A stretch of DNA of 47,057 bases from Steroidobacteraceae bacterium (lineage in GTDB: Bacteria; Chloroflexota; Limnocylindria; QHBO01): contig JAICUY010000004.1 of NCBI GenBank assembly GCA_025935615.1, positions 1 to 47,057 on the forward strand. Direction: 5' to 3'. This document shows positions 18,078 to 31,198 of this stretch, one piece after another. Within the stretch, counting starts at the first letter, position 1. Every line of letters starts with the position of its first letter. The notes under the pieces were generated by a model. The model did no database searches. It was not told the origin of the DNA and saw only the letters and a program-made list of their open reading frames with translations. Position numbers and translations under genes: made by a program.

Positions 18078-19751
18078 ATGATCGCGACGGTTCCCGCCGG
18101 TCGGGTTGTCAGCCACGGCTCTGAGGTGGACGCTCTGGTCGCCTCGCTCGATCCCGAGCAGGCCGCGGCTGCCACGCTGCCCGATGGCCCGGCACAGATC
18201 ATCGCGCCGGCCGGCAGCGGCAAGACGACGACGCTCATCGCGCGCCTCGGGGTGCTCCTGGCGCGCGGTGTTCCCCCGGCGTCGATCCTGGTCGTCACCT
18301 TCAACCGTGAAGCGGCTCTCGAGCTGTCGGCGCGGATCGGCGTCCGGCTCACGCCGGTCGTCGCGGATGCCGCCCGGATCGAGGTGCGGACCCTCCACGC
18401 CCTGGCGCGCCGCATCCTGCTCGACGCGGGGATCGGCGCTGAGCTCGTCGCCGACCGGCTGCCGCTGCTGCGTGCCGCGCGCCGGCGCTGCCTCAGCGGT
18501 CGCCGCGACGACGCTCCACCCGTCCCCGACGCCGCGGCACTCGATACGATCGTCTCGGCCTGGAAGGTCGAAGGACGGTCTCCACCGGCCGATGCGCTGC
18601 CAGTCGTCCAGCAGTACGCGGCGCTGCTCGCAGCGCGCAACGCGGTCGATTTCGACGACCTGGTGGTGCGCTCGGTCGAGCTGCTTGCCTCGCGCACCGA
18701 GCTTCGAACGCGCTGGCAGTCGCGGTTTCGGCACGTGTGCGTCGACGAGTTCCAGGACGTGGATGCGGCGCAGCTGCGCCTGGTGCGGCTGCTGGCCGCT
18801 CCCGACGACAACCTGTTCGTGGTCGGCGACGACGACCAGACGATCTACGCCTGGCGCCTCGCCGACGTGCGTCGCATCCTCCATTTCGCCGATGACTATC
18901 CCGCAGCCCGACGGGTGCAGCTGGCGACGAACTACCGCTGCCCGTCGCCGGTCGTCGAGGTGTCGCGGCGGCTGATCGACATCAACCGCGAGCGGTTCGC
19001 GAAGCGAATCCAAGCCGCCCCGGCCGCCCTTGCCGACGCTGCGTCCGTCGTGAGCGTGGCCACGGCGTCGCCGGACTGGGCGGACGGCCTCGTCCGGCTG
19101 GCGGTTGCCGCGGCCGAGGCCGGTGGGCGCGCCTGCTTCCTGGCCCGGACCCGCAGCGAGCTCGGCCCGATCTCGGTGGCGCTGATCCGCGCCGGCGTGC
19201 CGCACGCGACCGCACTCCCCGCCCCGGCCGAGGCAGAACCGGTGGTGGCGCTGCTCGACGAACTGCGCAGGGTACCGTCCGCCACAGCGCCGTTCCATGC
19301 GCTGCTCCGGCTGCGCGCCGGCCGCGGCTGGCGCCGTGCCGACATGGACGACAATCTTGGCGACGACGACCACGCCGCCATCGACGCAGCCATGGGTTGG
19401 TCGGTCGGCTACGCGCGAACCGATCGGTTCCTCGAGGGCTATGACGCCGCGCGGGCTCGCCTGGCGGCGCTGCGCGATCCCACGGCGCCGATCGAGCTGG
19501 TCACGGTCCACGGCGCCAAGGGCCGCGAGTGGAATCTGGTCGTCATCCTCGGCTTCGAAGAAGAGCGCTTCCCGAACCGTCGTGCACTCGTCGACGCCGT
19601 GAATCCGGAACGTGCGCTCGAAGAGGAACGCCGGCTCGCGTACGTCGCCCTCACGCGAGCCACGCGGCAGCTCGTCCTCGCCTTCGACCCGGCTCGTCCG
19701 TCGCGCTTCCTGGCCGAGATGACGGCTACAGCCCCACCTCGGGCGCGATGA
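18078..19751 (+). CDS. Compact UvrD/Rep/PcrA-family (SF1A) DNA helicase
   Basis: Motifs I APAGSGKTT, Ia VTFNREAA, II DEFQD, III VGDDDQTIYAWR, IV NYRC, V TVHGAKGREW, VI EERRLAYVALTRA. Confidence 0.93.
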   Translation: MIATVPAGRVVSHGSEVDALVASLDPEQAAAATLPDGPAQIIAPAGSGKTTTLIARLGVLLARGVPPASILVVTFNREAALELSARIGVRLTPVVADAARIEVRTLHALARRILLDAGIGAELVADRLPLLRAARRRCLSGRRDDAPPVPDAAALDTIVSAWKVEGRSPPADALPVVQQYAALLAARNAVDFDDLVVRSVELLASRTELRTRWQSRFRHVCVDEFQDVDAAQLRLVRLLAAPDDNLFVVGDDDQTIYAWRLADVRRILHFADDYPAARRVQLATNYRCPSPVVEVSRRLIDINRERFAKRIQAAPAALADAASVVSVATASPDWADGLVRLAVAAAEAGGRACFLARTRSELGPISVALIRAGVPHATALPAPAEAEPVVALLDELRRVPSATAPFHALLRLRAGRGWRRADMDDNLGDDDHAAIDAAMGWSVGYARTDRFLEGYDAARARLAALRDPTAPIELVTVHGAKGREWNLVVILGFEEERFPNRRALVDAVNPERALEEERRLAYVALTRATRQLVLAFDPARPSRFLAEMTATAPPRAR

Positions 19752-20289
19752 CGGACAGGTATCGGACCATGCGCGCCACGTGGTCGTCGAAGGCGAGCCC
19801 GATCTCGTCGGCACCGGCCAGCAGCATCTCGCGCGGCACCGCCCGCGCGAAGGCCTTGTCCTTCATTCGCTTGCGGACGTTGGCGGGCTCGACATCGGAC
19901 AGCTTCTTGGAGGGACGCATCAGGGCGACGGCCACCAGGAACCCGGCGAGCTCGTCACAGGCGTAGACCAGGTGGTCGAGGCGGCTCTGGCGCGGGATGC
20001 CGATCGCGTCGTTGTGCGACCGCACGGCGTGGACCACCTCCGGCTCGTAGCCACGCCGCTCGAGCTCGTCCGCGCCGATCGCGCCGTGGGTGGCCGGGTC
20101 CGGATGGCGCTCGTAGTCGACGTCGTGGAGCAGGCCCGCGATCCCCCAGCGCTCGACCGTCGCGGCCTCCAATCCGTCGTCGGCCGCGTAGCCGCGGACG
20201 CCGGCTTCCACCAGCAGCCCGTGCTTGCGCAGCGACGGGTTCTCGTTCCACTCCTCGAGAAGCGCCAGCGCTTCGTCTCGCGTCGGCAT
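19726..20289 (-). CDS. HD-superfamily hydrolase
   Basis: LRKH, GLLHDVDYE, VRSHN, ACDELAG, RPSKKL, KDKAFAR; directly downstream of uvrA. Confidence 0.88.
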   Translation of the reverse strand: MPTRDEALALLEEWNENPSLRKHGLLVEAGVRGYAADDGLEAATVERWGIAGLLHDVDYERHPDPATHGAIGADELERRGYEPEVVHAVRSHNDAIGIPRQSRLDHLVYACDELAGFLVAVALMRPSKKLSDVEPANVRKRMKDKAFARAVPREMLLAGADEIGLAFDDHVARMVRYLSVIAPEVGL

Positions 20290-20292
20290 GGC

Positions 20293-23214
<2,922 letters not shown>

Positions 23215-23237
23215 CGGTCCATTCTACCAGACCGATA

Positions 23238-23251
23238 CGAACGCCTGTTCG
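23238..23251. promoter_or_regulatory. LexA (SOS) box, GAAC-N4-GTTC type, upstream of uvrA
   Basis: CGAACGCCTGTTCG lies over the expected -35 region of the uvrA promoter (-10 TAGAAT at 23221-23226). Confidence 0.85.
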
Positions 23252-23366
23252 ATTTCCACGCCAATTCCCGCACGATTTGGCGGATGAGTGCGGTCGTGTG
23301 CGGACCTGCGCAGTTGGCGCGCCGGCTGGCAACCGGCATGCTTTGCCCAGTACCTCGGTAGTACCA

Positions 23367-23636
23367 ATGGGGCAGGCACACGCAATGATCTCGGTGGCAG
23401 TCAGGGGCTACGGCATCGTCATCTGGGACGAGGAGCAGGGATGGCGCACCTTCAGCGCCAGCGAATCGATGTCGGCGGTGCTTGCCTCGCGGGTCGAGAT
23501 GGCCCTCTCGGGACTCCAAGTCGATACCGAGGACGACGTCGCCGGCGCCCTGCTTTCGCTTCCCGATGCCCACCTGCTGGCGCGCAGCTGCGAGCACGGT
23601 CCCGGCGGCTGCGACGACGAGATCGGCCTGAACTAG
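23367..23636 (+). CDS. Small acidic hypothetical protein (start 23367 or 23385)
   Basis: Protein-like composition in the gap between uvrA and a convergent gene, 4-nt stop overlap; no recognisable family. Confidence 0.6.
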   Translation: MGQAHAMISVAVRGYGIVIWDEEQGWRTFSASESMSAVLASRVEMALSGLQVDTEDDVAGALLSLPDAHLLARSCEHGPGGCDDEIGLN

Positions 23637-24220
23637 TACACCAGCGGGTCGTAGTCGCTGGCCACGAAGGTGTTGCGGCAGCGGTCCTCGCGCTCCGGCA
23701 CGCAGTCGGCGGCCGTCGCGTCGTCGAAATGACCCACGAACACGAGCTGCTCCATGGCCGCCGTCCCGCTGCCGATGGGCGTCGCCGGCGGGAACGCCTC
23801 ACCCGTCGGTGACGACAGCCTGATCCCCTGCGCTTCGAGCTGCTGCTGCGACATGCCCGGCGTCGGACGGTCGGCCAGCACGACGCGCAGCGGGCAGTCG
23901 CGCTGCAGCCATGCGACCGAGGCGTCAGCTCCGCCGGTGTCGCCCTGACAGGCCTTGTCGACGGTCACGAACCAGCCGACCAGGCGCAGCTCGTGATCGC
24001 CGAACCGCTCGGCCGGCGCGGTTCCCGAGGTCAGTACGTCGTCCACGCTGACGCGCTGCAGGTCGGGCCGCGTCGGCAGGAAGCTGCTGACCACCATCAG
24101 CGCGAAGACCAGCAGCCCGACACCGACCACCACGGCGGTCCATAGCAGTCGTTCACGGCCCTGCTCGGTGCGTGGCGTGGCAGCCAGGCTGTCGTGCTCG
24201 ACCGGCTCGTCGTGCGTCAC
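23633..24220 (-). CDS. Single-TM hypothetical protein with 4-Cys extracytoplasmic domain
   Basis: TM LLWTAVVVGVGLLVFALMVVSSFL; GTG start overlaps upstream TGA (GTGA); four Cys. Confidence 0.75.
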   Translation of the reverse strand: MTHDEPVEHDSLAATPRTEQGRERLLWTAVVVGVGLLVFALMVVSSFLPTRPDLQRVSVDDVLTSGTAPAERFGDHELRLVGWFVTVDKACQGDTGGADASVAWLQRDCPLRVVLADRPTPGMSQQQLEAQGIRLSSPTGEAFPPATPIGSGTAAMEQLVFVGHFDDATAADCVPEREDRCRNTFVASDYDPLVY

Positions 24221-24858
24221 AGGCTCGACCACCGCTCGGCGAGCCGCGCCATCCCCTGCCGCCACAGCCCGCAGTGCCCGTCATCGTTGAGCCAGGTCGA
24301 CGCGCCCGATGGATGCGGCAGGCACAGGACCGCTGCGCCCGGCGCCGCATCCCAGCTCAGCTCGCGCCCCACCAATCCCTCCAGTCTCGCCCGTGGACCG
24401 AAGGCGAACCGATGCGCCAGCCCGCCCACCAGCAGCACCAGCCTCGGCTCGACCAGGCGCAGCTCGTCGAGCAGGATCGGCCCCCAGCGCACGATCTCGG
24501 CACGCGACGGTGGCCGGTCGACCGATGCGTCCGGCGCGCGACCGGGGTAGCACTTACCGACCGAGGTGACGTACCAGCGCTGCCGGAAATCGTCGACGTC
24601 GATCCCCGCCAGTCCGAGCCAGCCGACGAGTCGCTTGCCCGCGTCCCAGGCGAAGGGCACGCCGGTCTCGATCTCGCGCCAGCCGGGCGCCTGCCCGATG
24701 AGCATGGCCTGCTCGGTGCCGTCCCCTGACAGCACCGGCGCCTGCCCGTCGCAGCCGGGCATCGCGTCCTGCAGCGCGCGCAGCGGCGTGCCGAGCGGGG
24801 CGCGGCGGGGCTCGCCGACGATCCATACGCCGCTGTGGCGGATCCGTTTCGGCGACAC
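24217..24858 (-). CDS. Uracil-DNA glycosylase superfamily protein (start uncertain)
   Basis: Motif A LIGQAPG..E..TG.PF, KCYPG, PRLVLLVGGLA, motif B LPHPSG. Confidence 0.88.
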   Translation of the reverse strand: MSPKRIRHSGVWIVGEPRRAPLGTPLRALQDAMPGCDGQAPVLSGDGTEQAMLIGQAPGWREIETGVPFAWDAGKRLVGWLGLAGIDVDDFRQRWYVTSVGKCYPGRAPDASVDRPPSRAEIVRWGPILLDELRLVEPRLVLLVGGLAHRFAFGPRARLEGLVGRELSWDAAPGAAVLCLPHPSGASTWLNDDGHCGLWRQGMARLAERWSSL

Positions 24859-24887
24859 GCCGTCGAGATCCCGGGACGATGGCGTCG

Positions 24888-25499
24888 TCAGCCGCCGTCC
24901 TCGCCACCGCGCAGCCTGTCCACGGCGCGCAGGTCGTCGGCGATCGCCAGGCGCAGCATCCGACGCACGCCGTCGGCGGTCGAGCCGGCGGCGGCCAGCG
25001 CATCGGTCAGGGCCTGGCGGGTCGCGTACAGCCGGTCGACCGGATCGGCCCCGTCGTCGGGGACCTGGCTGCCCAGCGCGCCGACAAAGGCAACGTCCTG
25101 ATCGGCGATCCGGTCGAGGTCCTCGGCCGCCGCCTCGGGTCCGCAGGCATCGAGGGCGTCCGCCAGCTCCTCGCGGGCGAGCTCGAGCCACCGGAGGAAC
25201 TGCTCGTACTCGGTGTCCGAGGGCGGCAGCTCGTCGAGCGAGAACGCAGCGCGCGCATCGGGCGTGGCAGCCGCGCGCTCGACCTCGTACCAGTTGTCGC
25301 CGACGAACTCGGCTGCCTCCTCACCGGCCGACCGCAGCCAGCTCGTGAAGCGCGCCACGCGGCGCGGGATGGCCGCCACCGCATCGGTATCCGAGGAGGC
25401 GAAGGTGGCGCAGCCGGGAAGCTCGGCGGCGTAGGCCGCGAAGCCACCGCCGGGAAGGTCGGTCTCGACGAAGACGGCGTGCGGCATGGTGCCCGCCAT
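24888..25499 (-). CDS. HicB-like N-terminal domain fused to a degenerate DinB-like helical domain
   Basis: N-terminal VFVE...FAAYAAELPGCATFA resembles the HicB fold; helical C-terminus; GGAGAGG SD immediately after uvrB. Confidence 0.6.
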   Translation of the reverse strand: MAGTMPHAVFVETDLPGGGFAAYAAELPGCATFASSDTDAVAAIPRRVARFTSWLRSAGEEAAEFVGDNWYEVERAAATPDARAAFSLDELPPSDTEYEQFLRWLELAREELADALDACGPEAAAEDLDRIADQDVAFVGALGSQVPDDGADPVDRLYATRQALTDALAAAGSTADGVRRMLRLAIADDLRAVDRLRGGEDGG

Positions 25500-25503
25500 G
25501 GAA

Positions 25504-27633
<2,130 letters not shown>

Positions 27634-27683
27634 GGGTCGTTCGATTCTAGCCGTGCGCCTCTCCCACGTGGCCCTCGCGCTCC

Positions 27684-27731
27684 ATCGGTACCGACGCACG
27701 AGTACCCCAAGCGGCCTATATCGGTACCGAC
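27684..27731. repeat. Two copies of ATCGGTACCGAC (palindromic core TCGGTACCGA), 36 bp apart
   Basis: Exact 12-mers at 27684-27695 and 27720-27731 in the uvrB/tadE divergent gap; TATCCT at 27742-27747. Confidence 0.7.
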
Positions 27732-27782
27732 CGCCCATTTCTATCCTCGCGGCGAGTCCTGGTTTGCCCGTTGCGGAGTCGC

Positions 27783-28406
27783 ATGCGCACCTTCTTTCAG
27801 CCCGTCCCGCGCTACCCGCTGAGCGCCTCGCCGCGCGCTCGGCTGCCGCGACGCGCCTCGGTCCGCGGCCAGGCCATGGTCGAGTTCGCCGCCGTGCTCC
27901 TTCCGGTGCTGCTGCTCGTGGTCGGCATCATCCAGTTCGGCCTGCTGTTCGGCGCGAACGTGACGCTCACCAACGCCGCGCGCGAGGGCGCGCGGGCCGG
28001 CACGGTGGAGGTCTACAACCCGACCGTCAGCCGGGCCGAGAACGACCAAGACCGATGCACCGCGATCCTGGCCGCCGCCAAGAACGAGTTCGGCCTGCTC
28101 AGCGACGGCGCGCCTCACTTCAGCGCCACCAGCCCCTGCCCGCTCACGGCGGGAAGCGCCGACGGCAGCACATGGACCAACGGGGACCTGCTGATCCGAT
28201 ACTGCGACCACGTCACCACGCCCGATGGCGACTGCCCCGACTCGACCGATCCGGACACGGCCTGCGGCGCCGACAGCCGCGAGGGCTGCCTGGTCCGCGT
28301 CGAGCTCAGCTATCGGTCGGACATCATCGTGCCGTTCATCGGGCCGCTCCTCGGCGGCGGCAGCCTCTTCGGACAGCACTCCAGCGCGACCATGGTGGTC
28401 AACTGA
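27783..28406 (+). CDS. tadE: TadE-like pseudopilin
   Basis: Class III signal RGQAMVEF plus hydrophobic helix, [10 protein letters not shown], Cys-rich C-terminus. Confidence 0.9.
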   Translation: MRTFFQPVPRYPLSASPRARLPRRASVRGQAMVEFAAVLLPVLLLVVGIIQFGLLFGANVTLTNAAREGARAGTVEVYNPTVSRAENDQDRCTAILAAAKNEFGLLSDGAPHFSATSPCPLTAGSADGSTWTNGDLLIRYCDHVTTPDGDCPDSTDPDTACGADSREGCLVRVELSYRSDIIVPFIGPLLGGGSLFGQHSSATMVVN

Positions 28407-30349
28407 TGCTGCCCATGCGCCGCTGGGCGGCCGGGACCACCGGCGGGCAGGTGCTCGTCATCTTCGCGCTGCTGATCGTCGTCCTGCTTGGCGCCACCGC
28501 CTTCACCGTTGACTTCGGCCGGCAGCTCGCCGAGCGCCGGCACATTCAGAACGCGGCCGATGCCGCGGCCCTGGCCGGCTGCCGCTCGCTGACCGAGGGC
28601 GACTCCGATGCCACGGCTGCCACCAACGCGCGTGCCATGGCGCTCATCAACATCGAGGGATCGCCGGCCAGCGGGCGCGCCTCGATCGCGTCCGACGCGG
28701 CACGCGAATATGAGGACGGGCACCTCGGCGACCCCGCCTACCTGACCAGCGGCGTGATCGTCAGCGGCAACAGCGTTCGCGTCGCGATCAGCTCGGCGGT
28801 CGATACGACGTTCGGCCGCGTCCTGGGCATCTCTCAGCTCGGCACCAGCGCGCGAGCGCGATGCCAGCTCCAGGGCTCGCCGGCGGTGCCGCTGGTGGCC
28901 AGCCGCTACGCCAACCCGCCGGGGCCAGGGGCCGGCTTCGTCGACCGCATGGCGACCGAGGCGACCAGCGGCAACGGCGTCATGACGCCCAGCGACCCGC
29001 GGGGATACGACGCGCCGAACCGGATGGCCGCGACAGAAATCGAACCCGGGCCGCTCTTCGAGCTGTACGGCACCAACAGCAAGGCCACCAACGCTTCCGA
29101 TTTCCGCGGCTTCGTGGCGCTCGACGTGCGCGACTTCGAGGATCCGACGGCGCGCGACTACTACAACGGGGTGACCTCGGACGACAATGAGCAGACGCTC
29201 AAGGACGTCGAATCGGCGTACTTCGCCGACGGCTACGATGGTCCGCCACTGCCTGCGGTGAGCGACCCCGCGACCGGCGCGACCCAGCTTGGCGTCCTGT
29301 CAGGGCACAACACCTCGTTCGTCGTACAGGAGTTCGACAAGGCGTACGAGGACGGCGACCGGCTCCTGCTCGGCGTCTACGACGGGACGGTCAAGGAGGT
29401 TCCCGACTTCTCGATCTCGCCGCCGTCGGCAGCGATCGTGATCCCGCAGACGACCAGTACGCCGGTGGACGGCCCGTCGTTCAGCGTGTCGCGCAACCAG
29501 AATTTCAGCGCGCAGGTGGCGCTCAGCCTGCTCGGCGACGCGGATGCCAGCAACCCCGCGTATGACCTCGTCCCCGATCCGTCGGTCAACCCGCCGGTCG
29601 CCGGCGACATAAGCGAGCCGCCGCTGTGGTCCAGCACCACCGTCGCGCCCGACAAGAACGGCACCACCGTCACCATGCCGGGCCTGCAGAGCACTGCCGT
29701 CCCGAAAGGCATCTACACCGTCTGGCTCGAGGGCGAGTCGAACGGCACGCCGGTGCAGCGCCGCCGCTACCCGGTGGCGGTGCAGGTGGGCGGCGCGGTT
29801 CGCGACTTCAGCCTCAAGAACTCGATCCTGACCGGATCGACGGACACGGTCAGCGGCACCATCGACCTGCCGGTGTACGTCTCGACCCGCAACTCCGGGT
29901 CGAGCCAGTGGAACACCACCAACCCGGTGACGCTGAGCTGGGACAGCGGGTCGTTCAGCGACTGCAGCCTGCACCCGGTCTCGCTGGGCACGGCCAGCAT
30001 CACCTTCGACACAACGTCGGTCGTGCCGTCGTCAGCCGGCAATGGCGCGCCGGCCACGCTCAGCATCAACACCGGCACGCTGCCCGCCGGCTGCTACGCC
30101 TTCACGCTGCGCGGCACCGGCACCAACGGTGACGGCGAGCCGGTCACCCACCTCCGGACGGTCACCTTCAACGTCGCGACCGATGCGTCGACCGGCCAGT
30201 ACATCGACATCATCGGCTACGGCGTCTTCCAGGTCGATCACGCCGACGCCAACAGCATCTTCGTCAGGGCGGTCTCGGGCGTCTTCGCCGACCCGAGCGC
30301 CCTCGAGCTGCGCAGAGCCCAGGAACCTCGCCTCGTCCCCTGGACGTAG
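28406..30349 (+). CDS. TadG-like (Tad domain) pilus protein with beta-rich insert
   Basis: GGQVLVIFALL...VDFG...IQNAADAAALAG; TTFGRVLGI; ATG overlaps tadE stop (TGATG). Confidence 0.88.
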   Translation: MLPMRRWAAGTTGGQVLVIFALLIVVLLGATAFTVDFGRQLAERRHIQNAADAAALAGCRSLTEGDSDATAATNARAMALINIEGSPASGRASIASDAAREYEDGHLGDPAYLTSGVIVSGNSVRVAISSAVDTTFGRVLGISQLGTSARARCQLQGSPAVPLVASRYANPPGPGAGFVDRMATEATSGNGVMTPSDPRGYDAPNRMAATEIEPGPLFELYGTNSKATNASDFRGFVALDVRDFEDPTARDYYNGVTSDDNEQTLKDVESAYFADGYDGPPLPAVSDPATGATQLGVLSGHNTSFVVQEFDKAYEDGDRLLLGVYDGTVKEVPDFSISPPSAAIVIPQTTSTPVDGPSFSVSRNQNFSAQVALSLLGDADASNPAYDLVPDPSVNPPVAGDISEPPLWSSTTVAPDKNGTTVTMPGLQSTAVPKGIYTVWLEGESNGTPVQRRRYPVAVQVGGAVRDFSLKNSILTGSTDTVSGTIDLPVYVSTRNSGSSQWNTTNPVTLSWDSGSFSDCSLHPVSLGTASITFDTTSVVPSSAGNGAPATLSINTGTLPAGCYAFTLRGTGTNGDGEPVTHLRTVTFNVATDASTGQYIDIIGYGVFQVDHADANSIFVRAVSGVFADPSALELRRAQEPRLVPWT

Positions 30350-30373
30350 GCCGCACAAGGAGAACTACCCCTC

Positions 30374-31198
30374 GTGGAACTCGAGTACTCGGACAAGAAC
30401 AGCAAGCGCTCCAAGCTCTACATCGCGGTAGGGCTGGTGATCGCGCTCATCGTCGGGGGGCTCGTCTTCGTGGCCCTGCGCTTCAGCAACATCGGATCGG
30501 GCGAGACGGCCGTCGAGGAGCGCCAGGTGGTCGTCGCCGCGCGTTCCATCGCCAGCCGCAAGCCGATCGAGGAGGGCGACCTGGTGATGCGCACCGTCGC
30601 CGCCGACCCAACCAACGCGACCGCCTTCGCCCGCATCGACGAGGTGCTGGGCCGGATCACCGGCGTACCGATCGCGCCCGGCCAGCTGGTGACGCCAAAC
30701 GTGCTGGCATCGACGACGTCGGGACAGGCGTACTCCATCCTCGAGGCGGGACAGGAGTTCGATCCCAACGGCCCGCCGCTCCGTGCGGTATCGGTCAATG
30801 TCGGCGACGACAAGGCGGTCGCCGGCACGCTGCAGCCGGGCCAGACCGTCGACCTGATCGTGACCCTCAACGTCAACCCGCTGGCCGGGAAGAAGGCGCA
30901 GACCGTGGCGGCCCAGGCCGGCGACCCGATCGCCGGGCCGTCCACCAAGGTGACGCTGCAGAAGGTCACCATCCTCGCCCGCAACGGCGGCAGCTACATC
31001 CTGCGCACCGATCTGACGACCGCGGAGAAAATCATCGAGCTGACGGCCGCGGGCGGGCAGTTCGCCATGGTCCTGCGCCCGGAGCCGGACGACCGGGTCG
31101 CGGACACCCCGGGGTCGACCCTCGACCAGCTGATCGAGGAGTTCGGCTTCCCGCCGCCGCGCGTGGCCGAGATCTCAGACCAGCAGGCGCGACCTTAG
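30374..31198 (+). CDS. cpaB: Flp pilus assembly protein CpaB/RcpC
   Basis: TM, SAF-like VVVAARSI..RKPI...DL, RAVSV.V...AVAGTLQPGQTVDLI, LQKVTILA; AAGGAG SD. Confidence 0.9.
   Translation: MELEYSDKNSKRSKLYIAVGLVIALIVGGLVFVALRFSNIGSGETAVEERQVVVAARSIASRKPIEEGDLVMRTVAADPTNATAFARIDEVLGRITGVPIAPGQLVTPNVLASTTSGQAYSILEAGQEFDPNGPPLRAVSVNVGDDKAVAGTLQPGQTVDLIVTLNVNPLAGKKAQTVAAQAGDPIAGPSTKVTLQKVTILARNGGSYILRTDLTTAEKIIELTAAGGQFAMVLRPEPDDRVADTPGSTLDQLIEEFGFPPPRVAEISDQQARP

Noticed and set aside
18078-20289. Helicase plus HD protein as an anti-phage system (Gabija-like or Cas3-like)
   Set aside because: The genes are convergent, the HD gene follows uvrA directly, the helicase is SF1 rather than SF2, and no OLD/TOPRIM nuclease is adjacent
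24888-25499. HicAB toxin-antitoxin system
   Set aside because: No HicA-like ORF on either side; neighbours are uvrB and a UDG-family gene
27634-27643. LexA box upstream of uvrB
   Set aside because: Only a CGAAC half-site; no GTTC at 4-nt spacing
27748-27782. c-di-GMP riboswitch ahead of the tad genes
   Set aside because: Leader after the -10-like box is only about 35 nt and shows no recognisable aptamer core
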